A DNA stretch of 64,000 nucleotides from Octopus vulgaris. Its lineage: Eukaryota. Shown one piece after another: positions 27,283 through 41,290 of this stretch. The translations under genes were made by a program, and so were the position numbers. The notes under the pieces were generated by a model. The model was not told where the DNA came from. It worked only from the letters and a program-made list of their open reading frames with translations, and searched no databases. Position 1 is the stretch's first letter. Each line of letters begins with the position of its first letter. The DNA is taken from contig OX597814.1 of NCBI GenBank assembly GCA_951406725.2, positions 80,414,001 to 80,478,000 of the forward strand, read 5' to 3'.

Positions 27283-27292
<10 letters not shown>
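27089..27292. repeat. Perfect inverted repeat, 99-bp arms, 6-nt loop
   Basis: 27089-27187 is the exact reverse complement of 27194-27292 (loop TTTGAT). Confidence 0.97.
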
Positions 27293-27330
<38 letters not shown>

Positions 27331-27434
27331 CATACATACATACATACATACATACGTATATAAATACATACACACACACATATGCATATGTATATACTGT
27401 ATATATGTATATATTATTATTATTATTATTAATG

Positions 27435-27465
<31 letters not shown>

Positions 27466-27557
27466 GTGACCCCAATGTCACTTTGATGGCATGCTCTGCT
27501 CGCTCACTCAATAATAATAATAATAATAATAATAATGATAATAATAATAATAATAAC

Positions 27558-27596
<39 letters not shown>

Positions 27597-27765
27597 TATA
27601 ATAACAATATTTAGCAGAAGTAACTGAGTGACTCAAGTTACGAGAATTTCTTGTGTTGTATAGCACTATTACTGTGTTACTTTAAAAGTGTATACCCTCT
27701 CTTTATTTCACAAATATCTCCTTCTACACATACGTTTTCACAGCTATTGCCTTCTTTATACTAGC

Positions 27766-28014
27766 TGTGGGGATGAAATGAACCGGAAGGAAAGGCCAGT
27801 GACGTCAACGGCCGAGGGGTCCTACTGAAAGAGGAAGAGAGAGCGATGAAGTGGGGGAAGTGGGACCAGCGTGGTCCTCTTTGACCTCGAGACAGTCGTG
27901 GTGAACGGACGCATGTGGACGCGTGGGTGAGACAGGGCTTTAGCAGTGGGTACTAGCAATAGGTGAGACAGGTGGGACACTGAGAGTTAGGTGAACCGTA
28001 TTTTGTTCCTCACA
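27766..28014. mobile_element. Possible solo LTR
   Basis: GC-rich 249-bp island bounded by TGTGGGGA...TCCTCACA (TG...CA with a short inverted repeat). No matching TSD seen. Confidence 0.4.
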
Positions 28015-28279
28015 TTACAGTTCCCTCATACTACACTAGATAAGCCAGGGAGGTCGTAAGTCTATATATGAAGATACTTGTCATAGTTAAGTTGGTGCTT
28101 GATACTTTCCATTAACGGAATGAGATTGATGCATATGTTGCATCCATGTATTTATTTAATACATTATTAATTATTCTGCCTGACTGAATTGAGTCATCTC
28201 GATCACCCGTGACAGTTCTTATTCAAAGAGCTGCAAAAATTAAATTAAGCTCTTTTAAATTGAACCCTCTTACTGCTTT

Positions 28280-28660
28280 TACACAAGAATGTTGAAAAAA
28301 ATTTGAAGGAAAATTTAGCAGCAATAATTTTATCGATAAAAACACAAATTAGAAAGTATCTCCAATAAAACTACAGAAGTAAGATAATTTTATTTGAAGA
28401 ATTCGATGACAAGAATATATTTTTTCGCCAAGCAAGACGGCATCAAACGCAATAATAATCTTCATCATGGATTTAAATCCAATAAGTGCTTGCCCACAAA
28501 TGTTATTACAACCTTTTGAGAATATAAGATTTAGAAAAACCTATGACGATTTCCAGAAAAAATGAACTTCGAATTGCACAATCTCAAAACATCAAACCAA
28601 ATATTGATCCAGTTTTGTCAAGACTAAGAAATCATATGAAGTAAATTCGTCCTCATAACA
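28280..28660 (+). mobile_element. hAT transposase extreme C-terminal remnant
   Basis: ELRIAQSQNIKPNIDPV resembles the DLRVALS.IKPNI tail of Buster-type transposases. Confidence 0.5.
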
Positions 28661-29134
28661 AAGTCACATTAAGAGATACATTAAAATTGACAGGAATATA
28701 CTTTATTTTCAAAAATAATCCTCCATATTTCTCTTTCAAAAATTATACATCTATCTTCAAACACAATCCCTTCGTACTACTAAATAACTCCATAAAATGA
28801 ACAGCGATACGATCAGTAAAAGCATATTAGATAAAATAATTACGAGGCAAGTATCACCATTACCATTAAAAGATAATACATACGCGCGCGCACACGCTCA
28901 CAAAATGATATAATAGCTTGAATTCATGCTTAATGAAAGACAATGCGTTTTAATTTGATATATTAAACAGCAATCGCTCGAAATCTGCCAAGAGAAACCC
29001 GACAACGAGATAGAATAAGTATCAGTCTTTCAAAAATGAAATACTGGGATCGATTCATTCGACAAAAATTTCTTCAAGTTGGTGCTCCAGCGTGGCCGCA
29101 TCCTAATAACTGAAACAAGTATAAAAAATCATTA

Positions 29135-29196
<62 letters not shown>

Positions 29197-29200
<4 letters not shown>

Positions 29201-29292
29201 ATCCAAACAAGAAAGCACAAAAAGAAACACAACAACGCGAGGACGTGGAACAAATATAGTATTATTAGACGCTCAGGAAAGAAGGAAAGAAG
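29197..29292 (-). mobile_element. Short Penelope-type tail fragment between (TA)n tracts
   Basis: TATTATTAGACGCTCAGGAA resembles TATTAGTATAACGCTCGGGAA of the 20632-20820 tail; same microsatellite-embedded context. Confidence 0.5.
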
Positions 29293-29308
29293 TAAATACA
29301 TACATATA

Positions 29309-29423
<115 letters not shown>

Positions 29424-30146
29424 GTATGTCTGTATGTATGTATGTATACATGCATATGCAGACACATACAAACAAACAAATCCTGTCTTCTATGCTGGCT
29501 GAACATAACGATCTCCGTTTCCTTCAATGGTCATGGTAGCCTTTTGTTTACATGTTTGTGTGGCCTGCGTCTATTGGATTTGATGTTTCTATGGTTCCTG
29601 ACACTAGCTAAGGTGTTTGTATGAATGGGAAAGCTACGCGGCAACCACTATATTTTATTTCGTCTGGTTGCAAAATGCAGTTGTTTAGTTGGTGCTTACA
29701 TCTATATCTGTATTTAGAAATTAACTCTGGTCTTTTATTAAGGGCCTTTCAAGGTTGTACTGAATACGTGGTATTTTTATCCGCCAAATACTCTTTGTAC
29801 CTTATAACACTTTCTCTTATCGTTTTCCTCTAGATGAAACCAAATGCTTGGAGCGTACGGCACTTTTAATACATACATTCGTATAAATATATCATATTTC
29901 TGATGTTTTTTTCACTAATGTGGACACGAACAGAACGAACCCATTGTGATTAAAACTTATCTGAGGTACCTGAACTATTTGTCTGTGCTTGTTCTAGAAG
30001 TGGCATATATTGTTCTTTTCTCACACACGAACTTTATAGAAAAGATATCTTTCCATTTGTTTGCTGCTGCTGCTGCTGCTGCTGGTGATGCTGCTATTGT
30101 TGCTGATATTGCAGTTGCTTACGATGTTGTTAATGCTATTGCTCAT

Positions 30147-30355
30147 GATGGTGGTGGTGGTGGTGGTGGTGGTGGTGGTGGTGGTGGTGGTGGTGGTGGT
30201 GGTGGTGGTGGTGGTGGTGGTGGTGGTGGTGGTGGTGGTGGTTGGTGGTGGTGGTGGTGGTTGTGGTGGTGATGGTAGTGGTAGTGGTGGTGGTGGTGGT
30301 GGTGGTGGTGGTGGTGGTGGTTGTGGTGGTGGTGGTGGTGGTGGTGGTGGTGGTG

Positions 30356-30387
<32 letters not shown>

Positions 30388-30418
30388 GGTGGTGGTGGTG
30401 GTGGTGGTGGTGGTGGTG
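30147..30418. repeat. (GGT)n trinucleotide microsatellite
   Basis: Directly visible; source of the poly-G/V/H/T ORFs. Confidence 0.97.
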
Positions 30419-30965
30419 CTAGTGCAGATCGTGATGGTGGGCGGTCGTCGTCGCTGTCGTGTAGTTGGTGGTCGTGGTGGTATTGCTTGTTTTGTTCTTA
30501 TCATTGTCGTTGGGTTCTGATATTTGATAGATTCATTCTGTTACTGGTTTACCGAGTTTTTTGTTTTTTATCACTCCCAACTTCAGTGTACATATACATA
30601 TGTGTGTGTACGTGCGTGTGTGTACGTGTGCGTACGTGCATGTGTGTATGTGTGCTTACATCTATGGGTTTTTTTGTCTATCTTTGTAAATTGTGTGTAG
30701 CTGTAGGTGTAAGCGATTACACAGTACAAATATTTTCCTTACTTTAATTTGGTATTTATTTATTTATATATACTTGATATTTGTTTTTCTATTAATTTAT
30801 TGTTTCTCAGTGAGGGTAGTTTAAGACTACAGAATTCACCAACACAAATCAATTTACATATGCTCGTAGATGCGCATAAAGTGTTTTTCTCCCTCGCTCT
30901 TTATCGCCGTCTCCCTCACGCCCTAGCTATATATCTCTATCGCACGCTAAAGTTCTACGCAAGAT

Positions 30966-31102
<137 letters not shown>

Positions 31103-31209
31103 TATTGAAAGAAAACATATATATACTCGTATCATAAAAAATGTATGCACACAAACATGGGTATACATATATACACATACACACAAAGATACATCTTATA
31201 TACATATAT

Positions 31210-31272
<63 letters not shown>

Positions 31273-31342
31273 GCACACTCACACGCATCAATTGATTTTG
31301 TGCATGCTGAATATTTATGTTTACGTGTGCACGTGTGTGGGG

Positions 31343-31390
<48 letters not shown>

Positions 31391-31886
31391 GTATATATAT
31401 ATGCGTGTGTTTATGCGTATGTTTATCTTTGTGTATACATATGTTATCGATTTTGGATCTAAATATATAGCTATAGTTAAACTTGGTATGCCTTCAGACA
31501 TCGCTCTCTTGTTGCAATTCATTTTAACTTTAAGGCTGCTTCTAAATAGGATTCTAAATTCGTTTTTCAACCCACCCCACCATTTTTTCTCTACTACTTT
31601 TCCACCTTATTTATATATTTTTATTGTTTATTTCGGTATTTGCTTGATTGTTTATTTATATTCTGGAGTGTCTTGCAAGCACGATATTTTTTTTCATCAA
31701 ACGCCTTTTTAGATAACGTTTTTACTCGTTTCGAGTTCATCTTGAAAAGGCGAATTTTGGTAAGCTCTCTGTTCCCAGCTTTGAATTCACCATTTTATTC
31801 AATTAGTTATTACACAGAAATGTATATGAAAATGACAAATGACTATGTCTAACCTCCCCCCAGATAGACACAGGCATCATACACTA

Positions 31887-31957
<71 letters not shown>

Positions 31958-32310
31958 CACACATACGCACATATACATAAATATATATTTGTACACACGG
32001 GCGCTTACACATATTATAGCAATTAAAGTTCTGACTCTGAACTGTCGTTGCACTGAGTTTCACGTTACCGTTTTTCAACAAGTCTAAAATTATTGCAACG
32101 TACATGCTTATACCTGTCATGTATATTTTTCCAGCCAAGGCTAATAACTAGTAAGATAACCTGCTTTAAACGCATATAATACAAAATTTAATGAAGTCAT
32201 ACACATAGTCTTAACCAGAGAAGAAGAAGGAGAAGGTATATAGATATATAAAATGAAAAATAATGGAGCATTATGACGAGAGAAGAAAGAAAAGAATGAG
32301 AAGATAGCGA

Positions 32311-32373
<63 letters not shown>

Positions 32374-33750
32374 GACAAGTTGGAGTAAAAGAAAGATGTT
32401 GCAGAATTGGAATACGAAATATGAGGTTTGTGGCATAAGTTTACTCGTTGTTACTTTAAAACGTTTGCTTAGGTCAGTTGGAGTTGTGCAATAAAGAAGG
32501 CGCATGTATGTGCGTTAGGGGTGGAATAAATGAGAAAGTATAAAGATATATGAGTATGTGAATATCGAAACGAATGGGGAAAGTAAAAGGCAGAAAAGTG
32601 ATGAAGAGGCATGACTATGCGATTTAGAAGTTCACCTCTCAACGAAGTAGTTTCAATAGACGGAGACCGTGCCGAAATATCGTCGTATATGTGTAAATAC
32701 TTTGAACTCTCGGAGCAGAGAAATCTTGAATCACATAGTTGCAAGCAAATTTTGAGGCAGGAAAAGGAAAGAGTGGACGCCATTTGAAAATATTGTATGA
32801 AAAAGAGTGAAAAAACAGGAAAGGGAGAGATACGTATATAGTGGTAGTTCAAGGAAAACAAGTCGTTGGTACTTAAAGTGAAATGAAGAACAAAGTTTAA
32901 TAAAAAAAATTTTAACCAATTCAGTATCTTTCTTCAATTTGAGAGAAAAATAAATCAGTTTACCAGAAGACTGCAATTTCAATTTAAAAAATACCTTTTG
33001 AACACCACTTAGGGAAACTTCGAAAACAAAGATATGTATTAGGTAGTAAAACTTAAAGTATTCGAAGAACATCTGAAGAATATAAAATATTCGAAAAAAT
33101 AAAAACTATAAAACAATCGAAATTGTCACAGACTTGCTAAAGATCAGACTCACATCTTACAGCATTCTGCATTTTATTAACTTTAATCCATTAACATTTC
33201 TAGATTGCTTTTTCTTTCTCTTTCTGACCACAGTTAGTCATTTAGATAATGATTGCTCTCATCATTAAGGTTGTAATTTTAATTAATTTCTACTCCAGGC
33301 ATACTACAAGAAGAATGTCAAAACATCCACTTTAATAGAATGTAGCCAGTCAGCCGGTAAAATAAAGTTCCGTGAAATGTATTTATTATGGTATTGACAT
33401 TTAGAAATGAATTCATACTTAGAATTCAACTGATGAATAAAGACATTAATATGCGTGTGTCTGTGGCTATCCATTAGCTAAAGATCTGTCACAAATAGAA
33501 TTTCTTAGAAATTCTTTCATTTTTTTTAATGTTCCTTTAAGTATTTCAGTTATCCTTTCTAACACATACCTTGTAATAAAGTTCTCAATTAAATGGTTTT
33601 CGGGTTTTGTATGAAAGCTGAAAAAGTATCATAAACTGCCTTCTTTATTTCCCATAACGGGGAAAAGAAGTGCAATCTATACATCATTTTCTACAGTCAC
33701 AACCATTGATATTTGGTTTAGAAGTTCGCTTCACAACGAAGTGCATATAC

Positions 33751-33850
<100 letters not shown>

Positions 33851-33967
33851 CTATATATACATATGCAAATATATATATATATGTGTGTGTGCATATATAT
33901 ATATATATATACACATACATATACACATACATATATGCATATGTATTATATAAACATATATGCATAT

Positions 33968-34006
<39 letters not shown>

Positions 34007-34606
34007 AGTGTGTGTATGTAGGTATATTTGTGCATGATCGCGCGCTTATTTTTGTTGGTCTCTACCAATTGAAAAAACCTTTTAGGTTTGTTCACGTCCA
34101 CAAAACAGCAATTCGGTAAAAGAGACAAGGTGAACAAATGACAGACTTAAAATAAGCACTTCGACTGATTTGATGAACTAACTTCATTTCAAGATGCTGC
34201 CCCAGTTTGGCTGAAACAAAAATACAATAGATTAAAAACTTACTTTATATATATATTTTTGTGTGTGTGTATGTATGTGAGTGTGTACGTATCTGTGACT
34301 GTGAACGTGTGTGTGTGTATATATATGTGTGTGTGTCTGTGTGTGTGTGTGAGTGTGTGTAATATTCAGCTTTGGTTTCTAATGTTAGCTATTCGACTAA
34401 ATTTAAGTAACTAATAATTTTGTGAGAAACAAGTGTTCAAAAGACTAAATTCGAGGGACAGGAATGTTAGTATAGCTAAGGACCGACCCAAGTCTGAAGA
34501 AAGACAATTCTCCGAAAGGTTAGTTTTCTCTTCTTTTCTCACGGCGTAAAATTTATTCCGTTGCTCGAATTATTTGATGTTTTTATCTCAATGTGAGAAT
34601 TCAATA

Positions 34607-34775
34607 TGTTGTTTAGCCCCAGATCAGAAATGACAATGTAGATTTATGAGGAATGGTGTTCCAGCGATGACCATCCCTTCTTTGTACAATGTGCACACTT
34701 TTTTGAAGACGATAGCATATAACTTGAGGAAGATGTGTCTGAAATTTCTGCTACAACTGAGCGGCCGTGTAGAGC
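34607..34775 (+). repeat. Dispersed repeat family D (SINE-like, unclassified)
   Basis: TTGTTTAGCCCCAG...TTCCAGCGATGACCATCCC motif recurs, diverged, near 535-685(-), 16636-16835, 19260-19350, 35820-35950, 46100-46310(-) and 49400-49470(-). Confidence 0.6.
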
Positions 34776-35950
34776 AGCTATGGACCATTTACGGCTCATG
34801 GGACTTTCATAATGGCACACTTTAACGAAAACATATCACACACACACACACACACAGAAACAACATCACCACCACCGCCACCACTGCCTTTGAACCCTAG
34901 AATGGAAGGGCTTGTGCTAGTGCAAGAAATCGATTTTACATTATATGTGTAATAGATTTTAGACGCCAGTGAAATAACGGCATTGGTCCATCTATAGAAT
35001 TACAGAGATGTTTAGATTTAGTGCTTAGTTATTATCACCTATTGAGTTACCAATATTGTCTAGAGAACAGAATGATCCTTTCGGCACAAACTAATTAAAT
35101 TTAACAAAGGGGAAATCGATATGTCAACTTCTCAGTCGGCTGGGGAAATTGCTTGAATAATTGGTGAAAGAAATATATTTGCTTTGCAGTGCCATCTCCA
35201 CACCTACCTACAAAGATTATTTCAAGTTATCTATAGAAAAACAGCTACTAAATGTATAAGGCCCCCCACCGCCACCCTTGCAGTATAGCGACATCGTCTT
35301 AATCTGAACACTAAAAGAAGCAGTAGCAAAAGATCTCCCCGTCCCACCCCATTCTTTCACTTTTAGAGCAGCAATGTATCAGCTTGGTCTCTAAATGAAC
35401 AAATGTATTATATCAATTTAAGTCACCTTTCTAACTTTTTCTCTTTTTTTTTTTGTCTTTTTACAGAGATCTGAATCACATTTACTTTTCTGTCAAAGAC
35501 CCAAAACCAACGTAGATTTTTCTACTTGAAATGTCCTTCACCCAAATCCCTCGATCCTTTTAATACTTCCCAAAATAGCCCTCAATTCTCTCTCTTTCTC
35601 TCTCTCTCTTCCTTTCTTTGTATGTATGGGATAATGTATTTTTTATCTTGTACATGCTTCAGTCATCAAACTGCGGCCATGCTGGAGCACCGCCTTGAAG
35701 AATTTTGGTGGTGGTGGTGGTGGTGGTGGTGGTGGTGGTGGTGGTGATGGTAGTGGTGAGGGGAGTTGGCTAGAGTGGTAGTGGTTGTATTGTTTTTGTC
35801 GTCATAGTTACTGTTGTTGCTGTTTAGTCTCATGTCAGCCTTGATTAAGCAGATCTATGATCAAACCCGATCTCGCCCGTCACTGGAGCGTCTTTTAGTC
35901 AGTGCGTTAGCTATGCATCCCACTGTTTAAGACAGTGAAACGTAATTTGA

Positions 35951-35999
<49 letters not shown>

Positions 36000-36470
36000 A
36001 TATACACACACACACACACACACATATGTATATATATATCATCATCATCATTACTCAACGTCCGTTGTTACTGCTGCCAGGGACTGAACGATTTTACCAG
36101 GGCGGGTAAACTGGGGAGTGGCTGCACCAGACTCCAGTCTGATTTGGCATGGTTTATATGGCTGAATGCCCTTCCTAATGCCAACCACTCCGAGAGTGTA
36201 ATGGGTGCTTTTACATGTCACTGGCACTGGCACCAGTTGCGTGACACCAGTATCTGCCACGACTACGATTTCAGTTGGCTTCATTGATCTTCTACTCAAG
36301 CACGGCATTTTGCCGAAGGTCTCAATCATTTGTCGTTGCCTCCGTGAGGCCCAACGCTCGAAAAGTGCTTTGTACGTGCCAACAGCACAGATGATAGTTA
36401 CGCGACACCGGTACAGGTGGTAGTTATGCTATATTGCCCCCGTGAGACCCAACGCCCGAAAGATGCTTTA

Positions 36471-36505
<35 letters not shown>

Positions 36506-36643
36506 CAATAAATTAAATAGAGATTCAATTGACAATCTAATAATTTATCTATATTATAAGACAATATACTATCAATATGATATGAAATAATAATATGAAT
36601 GTAATATAAGATAACAGAAAAAAATTTAAAAAACAAATTTTCC

Positions 36644-36900
36644 ACGATTTGCTTCGACTTACATACGTTATTTGATTTATAAACAATTCATATCCATTTA
36701 TATAAGTCTCTTCAGAGCCTTGCTTCAAAAGAGACGAAATTCCATGTGAGAGGCCGGCTAATTTTTTTTTTTTTTTTAACCTAGCCGTCCTCTCACGCGG
36801 AATTTCGTCTATCTTTTGAAGCAAGGCTCTGAAGAGACTTATATAAATGGATATGAATTGTTTATTAATCAAATAATGTATGTAAGTCGATACAAATTGT
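36644..36900. repeat. Imperfect inverted repeat, about 117-bp arms, 21-nt T-rich spacer
   Basis: 36644-36760 versus 36782-36900: by hand alignment 8 substitutions and one 2-nt indel. Confidence 0.95.
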
Positions 36901-36902
36901 AA

Positions 36903-38020
36903 ATGTGGACTACAGAGTTTCAAGAGTGTGGACAACCCCGTTGTCATATGTTGTTCATATCAAAAAAAGATCCAGAGCATTATGATAAATTTGTTTATGC
37001 AGAACTTCTAAATTCACTAACACAACCAATTCTGTTTCAATATGTCACCAAAAGCATGCTACATGGTCCATGTGGAAGAAATAAACCCAATGCAACATGT
37101 ATGGTTGATGGGAAATGTACAAAACATTTCCCTAAAGACTTTCAGGAAAATAAATACATTACACTGTTATAATGGCTATCCACTTTACCGACGCCGAAAT
37201 AATGATTTTACATTTACAGAGGCTAACGTTGAATTAGATAATCGTTCAGGAGTACCATATTTCCCCTTCTTTTTAGTCACATATGGAGATCATTGTAATG
37301 TAGAGATAAGTGCATCTGTAAAATCAGTTAAATATATAAGCAAATATATTCATAAAAGTCATGATCGGGTGACAGTCAATATTAATGGACATGCCAATGC
37401 ACGACAAACACACAAAGATGAAATTGAAAATTATATTAATGGCCGCTATGTATCCTCATCAGAGGCAGTCTAGAGGATTTTAGGTTTCAAATTACATGGT
37501 TCATATCCTGCAGTCCAACAGCTTACAGTTCAATTACCCCAACAGCAACACATTTACTTTAATGACGATGATGATATTGAACATGTTATCCACACATGTG
37601 ACAGGTCCACTCTCACTGAATGGATACTAGTTAACCGGGAATCACCAGCTAACTCATTTATACGTACATTACACTATACTGATTTCCCTGAATTATAAAC
37701 ATGGAATAATAGTGAGAAAATGTGGCATCCCAGAAAAAATAATTCACACTCAATTGAGTGTATCTACTTTGTTTCACCAAAGAAACAAGAGCGATTCTAT
37801 CTGAGAGCTTTACTATATCATATTCCCGGCGCTACATCATTTGAAGATATGAGGACTATTAATGGTGTACTTTGCCATAGTTACAAAGAGGCTACAATGA
37901 AACTGGGTTTAGCACATGATGACCGTGTATACTATCGAACTATGGAGTTTGCAAATATTTCAGCTACCCCATATCAGATGCGAAGACTTTTCTGCTCCAT
38001 TCTTAATTACTGCATTCTAT
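36903..38020 (+). mobile_element. Helitron RepHel fragment (Rep domain), pseudogenised
   Basis: EFQECGQPRCH (degenerate EFQKRGLPHAH HUH motif), MLHGPCG..CMVDGKCTKHFPKDF, GYPLYRRR, NVEISASVKSVKYISKYIHK, DEIENYINGRYVSSSEA and ERFYLRALL..GATSFEDMRT. Confidence 0.95.
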
Positions 38021-38214
38021 ATGTATACTTTTGCTTACCCTTCCTAGGTCGGATTTGGTATACTTTTGTATATATATTACACAAATATATGATACAAAGT
38101 AAAATACGCTATCTTTAAGATAACGTGTTCACACTAGTATATGTATGTGTATATATATATATATACGTATACGTGTAGACACACACACTATACAAATTCA
38201 TATATATCAGTGTC

Positions 38215-38540
38215 AGTTCCTCCTGTGCTCTCGAGCCTGTTGGGCAGCAAGTTGACGCCACTGGTTTCAGTTGGCAGCAGTTTCCTCTACATCCGCCCAT
38301 GCAACATTAGCCTTTTTCATGTCGGTTATGAATGTTTCGCGCAATGCAGTTTTTGGTCTACCTATTTTTCATTTTCTCTCTTTGTGATGTCCATTTAAAA
38401 CCGTTTTAGAACGGCATATCTGGCAACTGAAGTATATGACCCGCTAATTTAATTTTCGTTGTGTGGTGATTTCTGTGAAGTGGTCTTCTATTGGCTAGCT
38501 TTAGAACTTCGTCATTGGTTACGTGGTCTAGCCAAGTATG
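38215..38540 (-). mobile_element. RTE LINE 3' end
   Basis: EITTQRKLKLAGHILQLP resembles RTE RRL.WAGHILR; terminates next to TA repeats. Confidence 0.7.
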
Positions 38541-38559
38541 TTCTCAGAATCTAAATAAT

Positions 38560-39200
38560 TTTCCTGAGTATAAAGATTTGTTCAGTGCAGGATCACGTGT
38601 TACGAAATCTGCTTCTTTCTCCTGTAGTACAGCCTGTTTAGCAATGGACCCAAGAAACAACATGGGATCTCATAGATAAAGGAGAAAAAAAAACAAGATT
38701 ATCAGAGAAGTAAATACAGAGGAAGCAATGGAAAAGTATGACAATGAATACTAAGTTCTTAACTGACGGGTAAAAGGAAGCTGTCATACTGACAGAAATA
38801 CCTAGCTAGACAAAAAAGACAGAGGCAGAAGCAGCCAGTTGAAAAGATCCAAGAACACTATACAGCATAGTATTAAAGCTAAGTGGAGCAAAAAGCAGCT
38901 TAAACATACCAGTAAAGGGTAAACAGGGAAGGGCTTTGCTGACAACGGAAGAACAAAACTGTCAATGGATGGAATATTTCTGAAAAACAATACAACTGAG
39001 AAAACGGTACGACTTGGGAAGAAAAAGATAGCGAGCGACGAAGTTGATAAACAACAAAGCTGCTGCTTTGGATGAAATCACCACAGACATGCTTAAACAC
39101 GGTGGGAATACTGTAGTGGCCGAAATGGGAAGTTTGATGAATCGTTGCTGGTGAGAGCAGAAAGTGCTATGGAGTTGGCTAGAAGAAATCATTTTAAAAC
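38560..39200 (+). mobile_element. RTE LINE fragment just upstream of the RT core
   Basis: NNKAAALDEITTDMLKHGGNTV..LMNRCW resembles KAAG.D.I..E.LK.GG. Confidence 0.75.
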
Positions 39201-39653
39201 TGTAATTACTGGTATTGTACCACACTGCTGGTAAATGCTTGTAAACATATATATGCACGAAATTAAATATTACACTATTTTCTTTTGCTAAAATGCACAT
39301 TTACATAAAATGTACATCTTTAGCAACCAAGAATGTGTTTTGTTAGCCATTGGTTAAACACAAGTTATATTTCTTGTATATGTTTGTATATGTTTTTGTG
39401 AACCATCATTTAAAACTAATATGTAGGGTTTTGTTTACAAACATTTTACCCTTTTGGATAGGAAAAATAGTTGCCAGTTTCATTTTGATCAAAATGCCTG
39501 CTACGCCAGCCAATCGAATTATAATTTATTCCGCTTCCCCTCATCTACATTCAACACCTCCCACTACTACTCACTCACCCTTCATTTGTGGTTTCAGTTT
39601 CCCTCTACCAAGTGTGACCGCGAACAAAATCACTGATGTTTTTTATTATGTGA

Positions 39654-39703
<50 letters not shown>

Positions 39704-40439
39704 TATTAAGACTACACGTGTTTTAGGATAATCAGTCAGACAATTTTTGAGATGAAATGTACCTGTATTTCAACCAGCTAACCATTCAGCATACACATAC
39801 ATTCATCATTCTGGCCAGCCAGCCAAACATACATCGAATAATCCATCCATCCGTCCATCGATCCATCTACACACACACACATGTTTCATAGTTATCTGTA
39901 ACTTAATGCAACAAAGTATGCTCTGACAAGCCGTTGCTGTAGAACACACTTGGAATACCTATTGCAGGACACTAAACAAGCATATAGATGAAACGCACGT
40001 CGGAACTATAATATGAACTTGTGTTTATCCTCATTTCTCCAATACATATGCTATAAGTATTTGTAGCATACACTGATACCTGCTTGAATGTTGAAGATGT
40101 TGGACTCCTTCCAGACACTACACCAGACCGTGTCTAAATCATTTGTGTATTGTATGCTTTATACTACAACTATGTAAGATTACTTCATTAAATTATGCAG
40201 TGCATATACATCGTTATATTGAAGGAAAAACAAAAGGTGCGATATCATGGAACTGCCCCCAGTTCAATATCATAAAACACACACACATACATTCATGTAT
40301 GTTTATACATATATGTATGTATGTATGTATGTATGCATGCATGTATGTATTTATGTATGCATGTGTGTGTGTATGTGTGTGTGTGTATGTATGTATGCAT
40401 GTATGTACGTATGTATGTATGTATGTACGTATGTATGAA

Positions 40440-40615
40440 GGGAGAATTCACAAAAAAAAACAAAAGACGAAGACAGGTAGTGTAGACAACAAACAGATGT
40501 ATTAGTATAACGCTCGGGAAGGGAAAAAGTCTTTAACATTTCGAGCCTACGCTCTCCCACAGAAAGAAACAAGGAGAGAAAATGAAGAATGTGTAGTGGC
40601 TAGCGATCTATCATG
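40440..40615 (-). mobile_element. Solo Penelope 3'-tail copy
   Basis: Reverse complement matches 6105-6300, from CATGATAGATCGC to GAATTCTCCC. Confidence 0.9.
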
Positions 40616-40691
40616 ACATGTATGTATGAAGATAGACAGATAGATACATACATATAGGTGTACACAAATTATGCCTATAAATATATCTATA

Positions 40692-40741
<50 letters not shown>

Positions 40742-41026
40742 TATACAAATATATATATACATATATATACAAATATACGCATATACACACGCAGACATAT
40801 ATGCATATATGTATATATGTGTGTGTGTCTGTATAAATATATACGTCTATGTCTTCATATGTATGCATGTATGTATGCATGAATGCATGCACGTGTACAT
40901 GCGTGTATTCCATAAATGTGATTATAAAACGACAACAACATCACCAGCTTCATGAACTCTTCCAATCCTAATTCTAATATCTCAAACATCACTTGAAAAA
41001 CAAACTGATTAAATGGAGGAACGTAA

Positions 41027-41290
<264 letters not shown>

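Noticed and set aside
32900-33150. FEEHLKNIKY as a GIY-YIG remnant
   Set aside because: A single short motif in AT-rich sequence; insufficient support.
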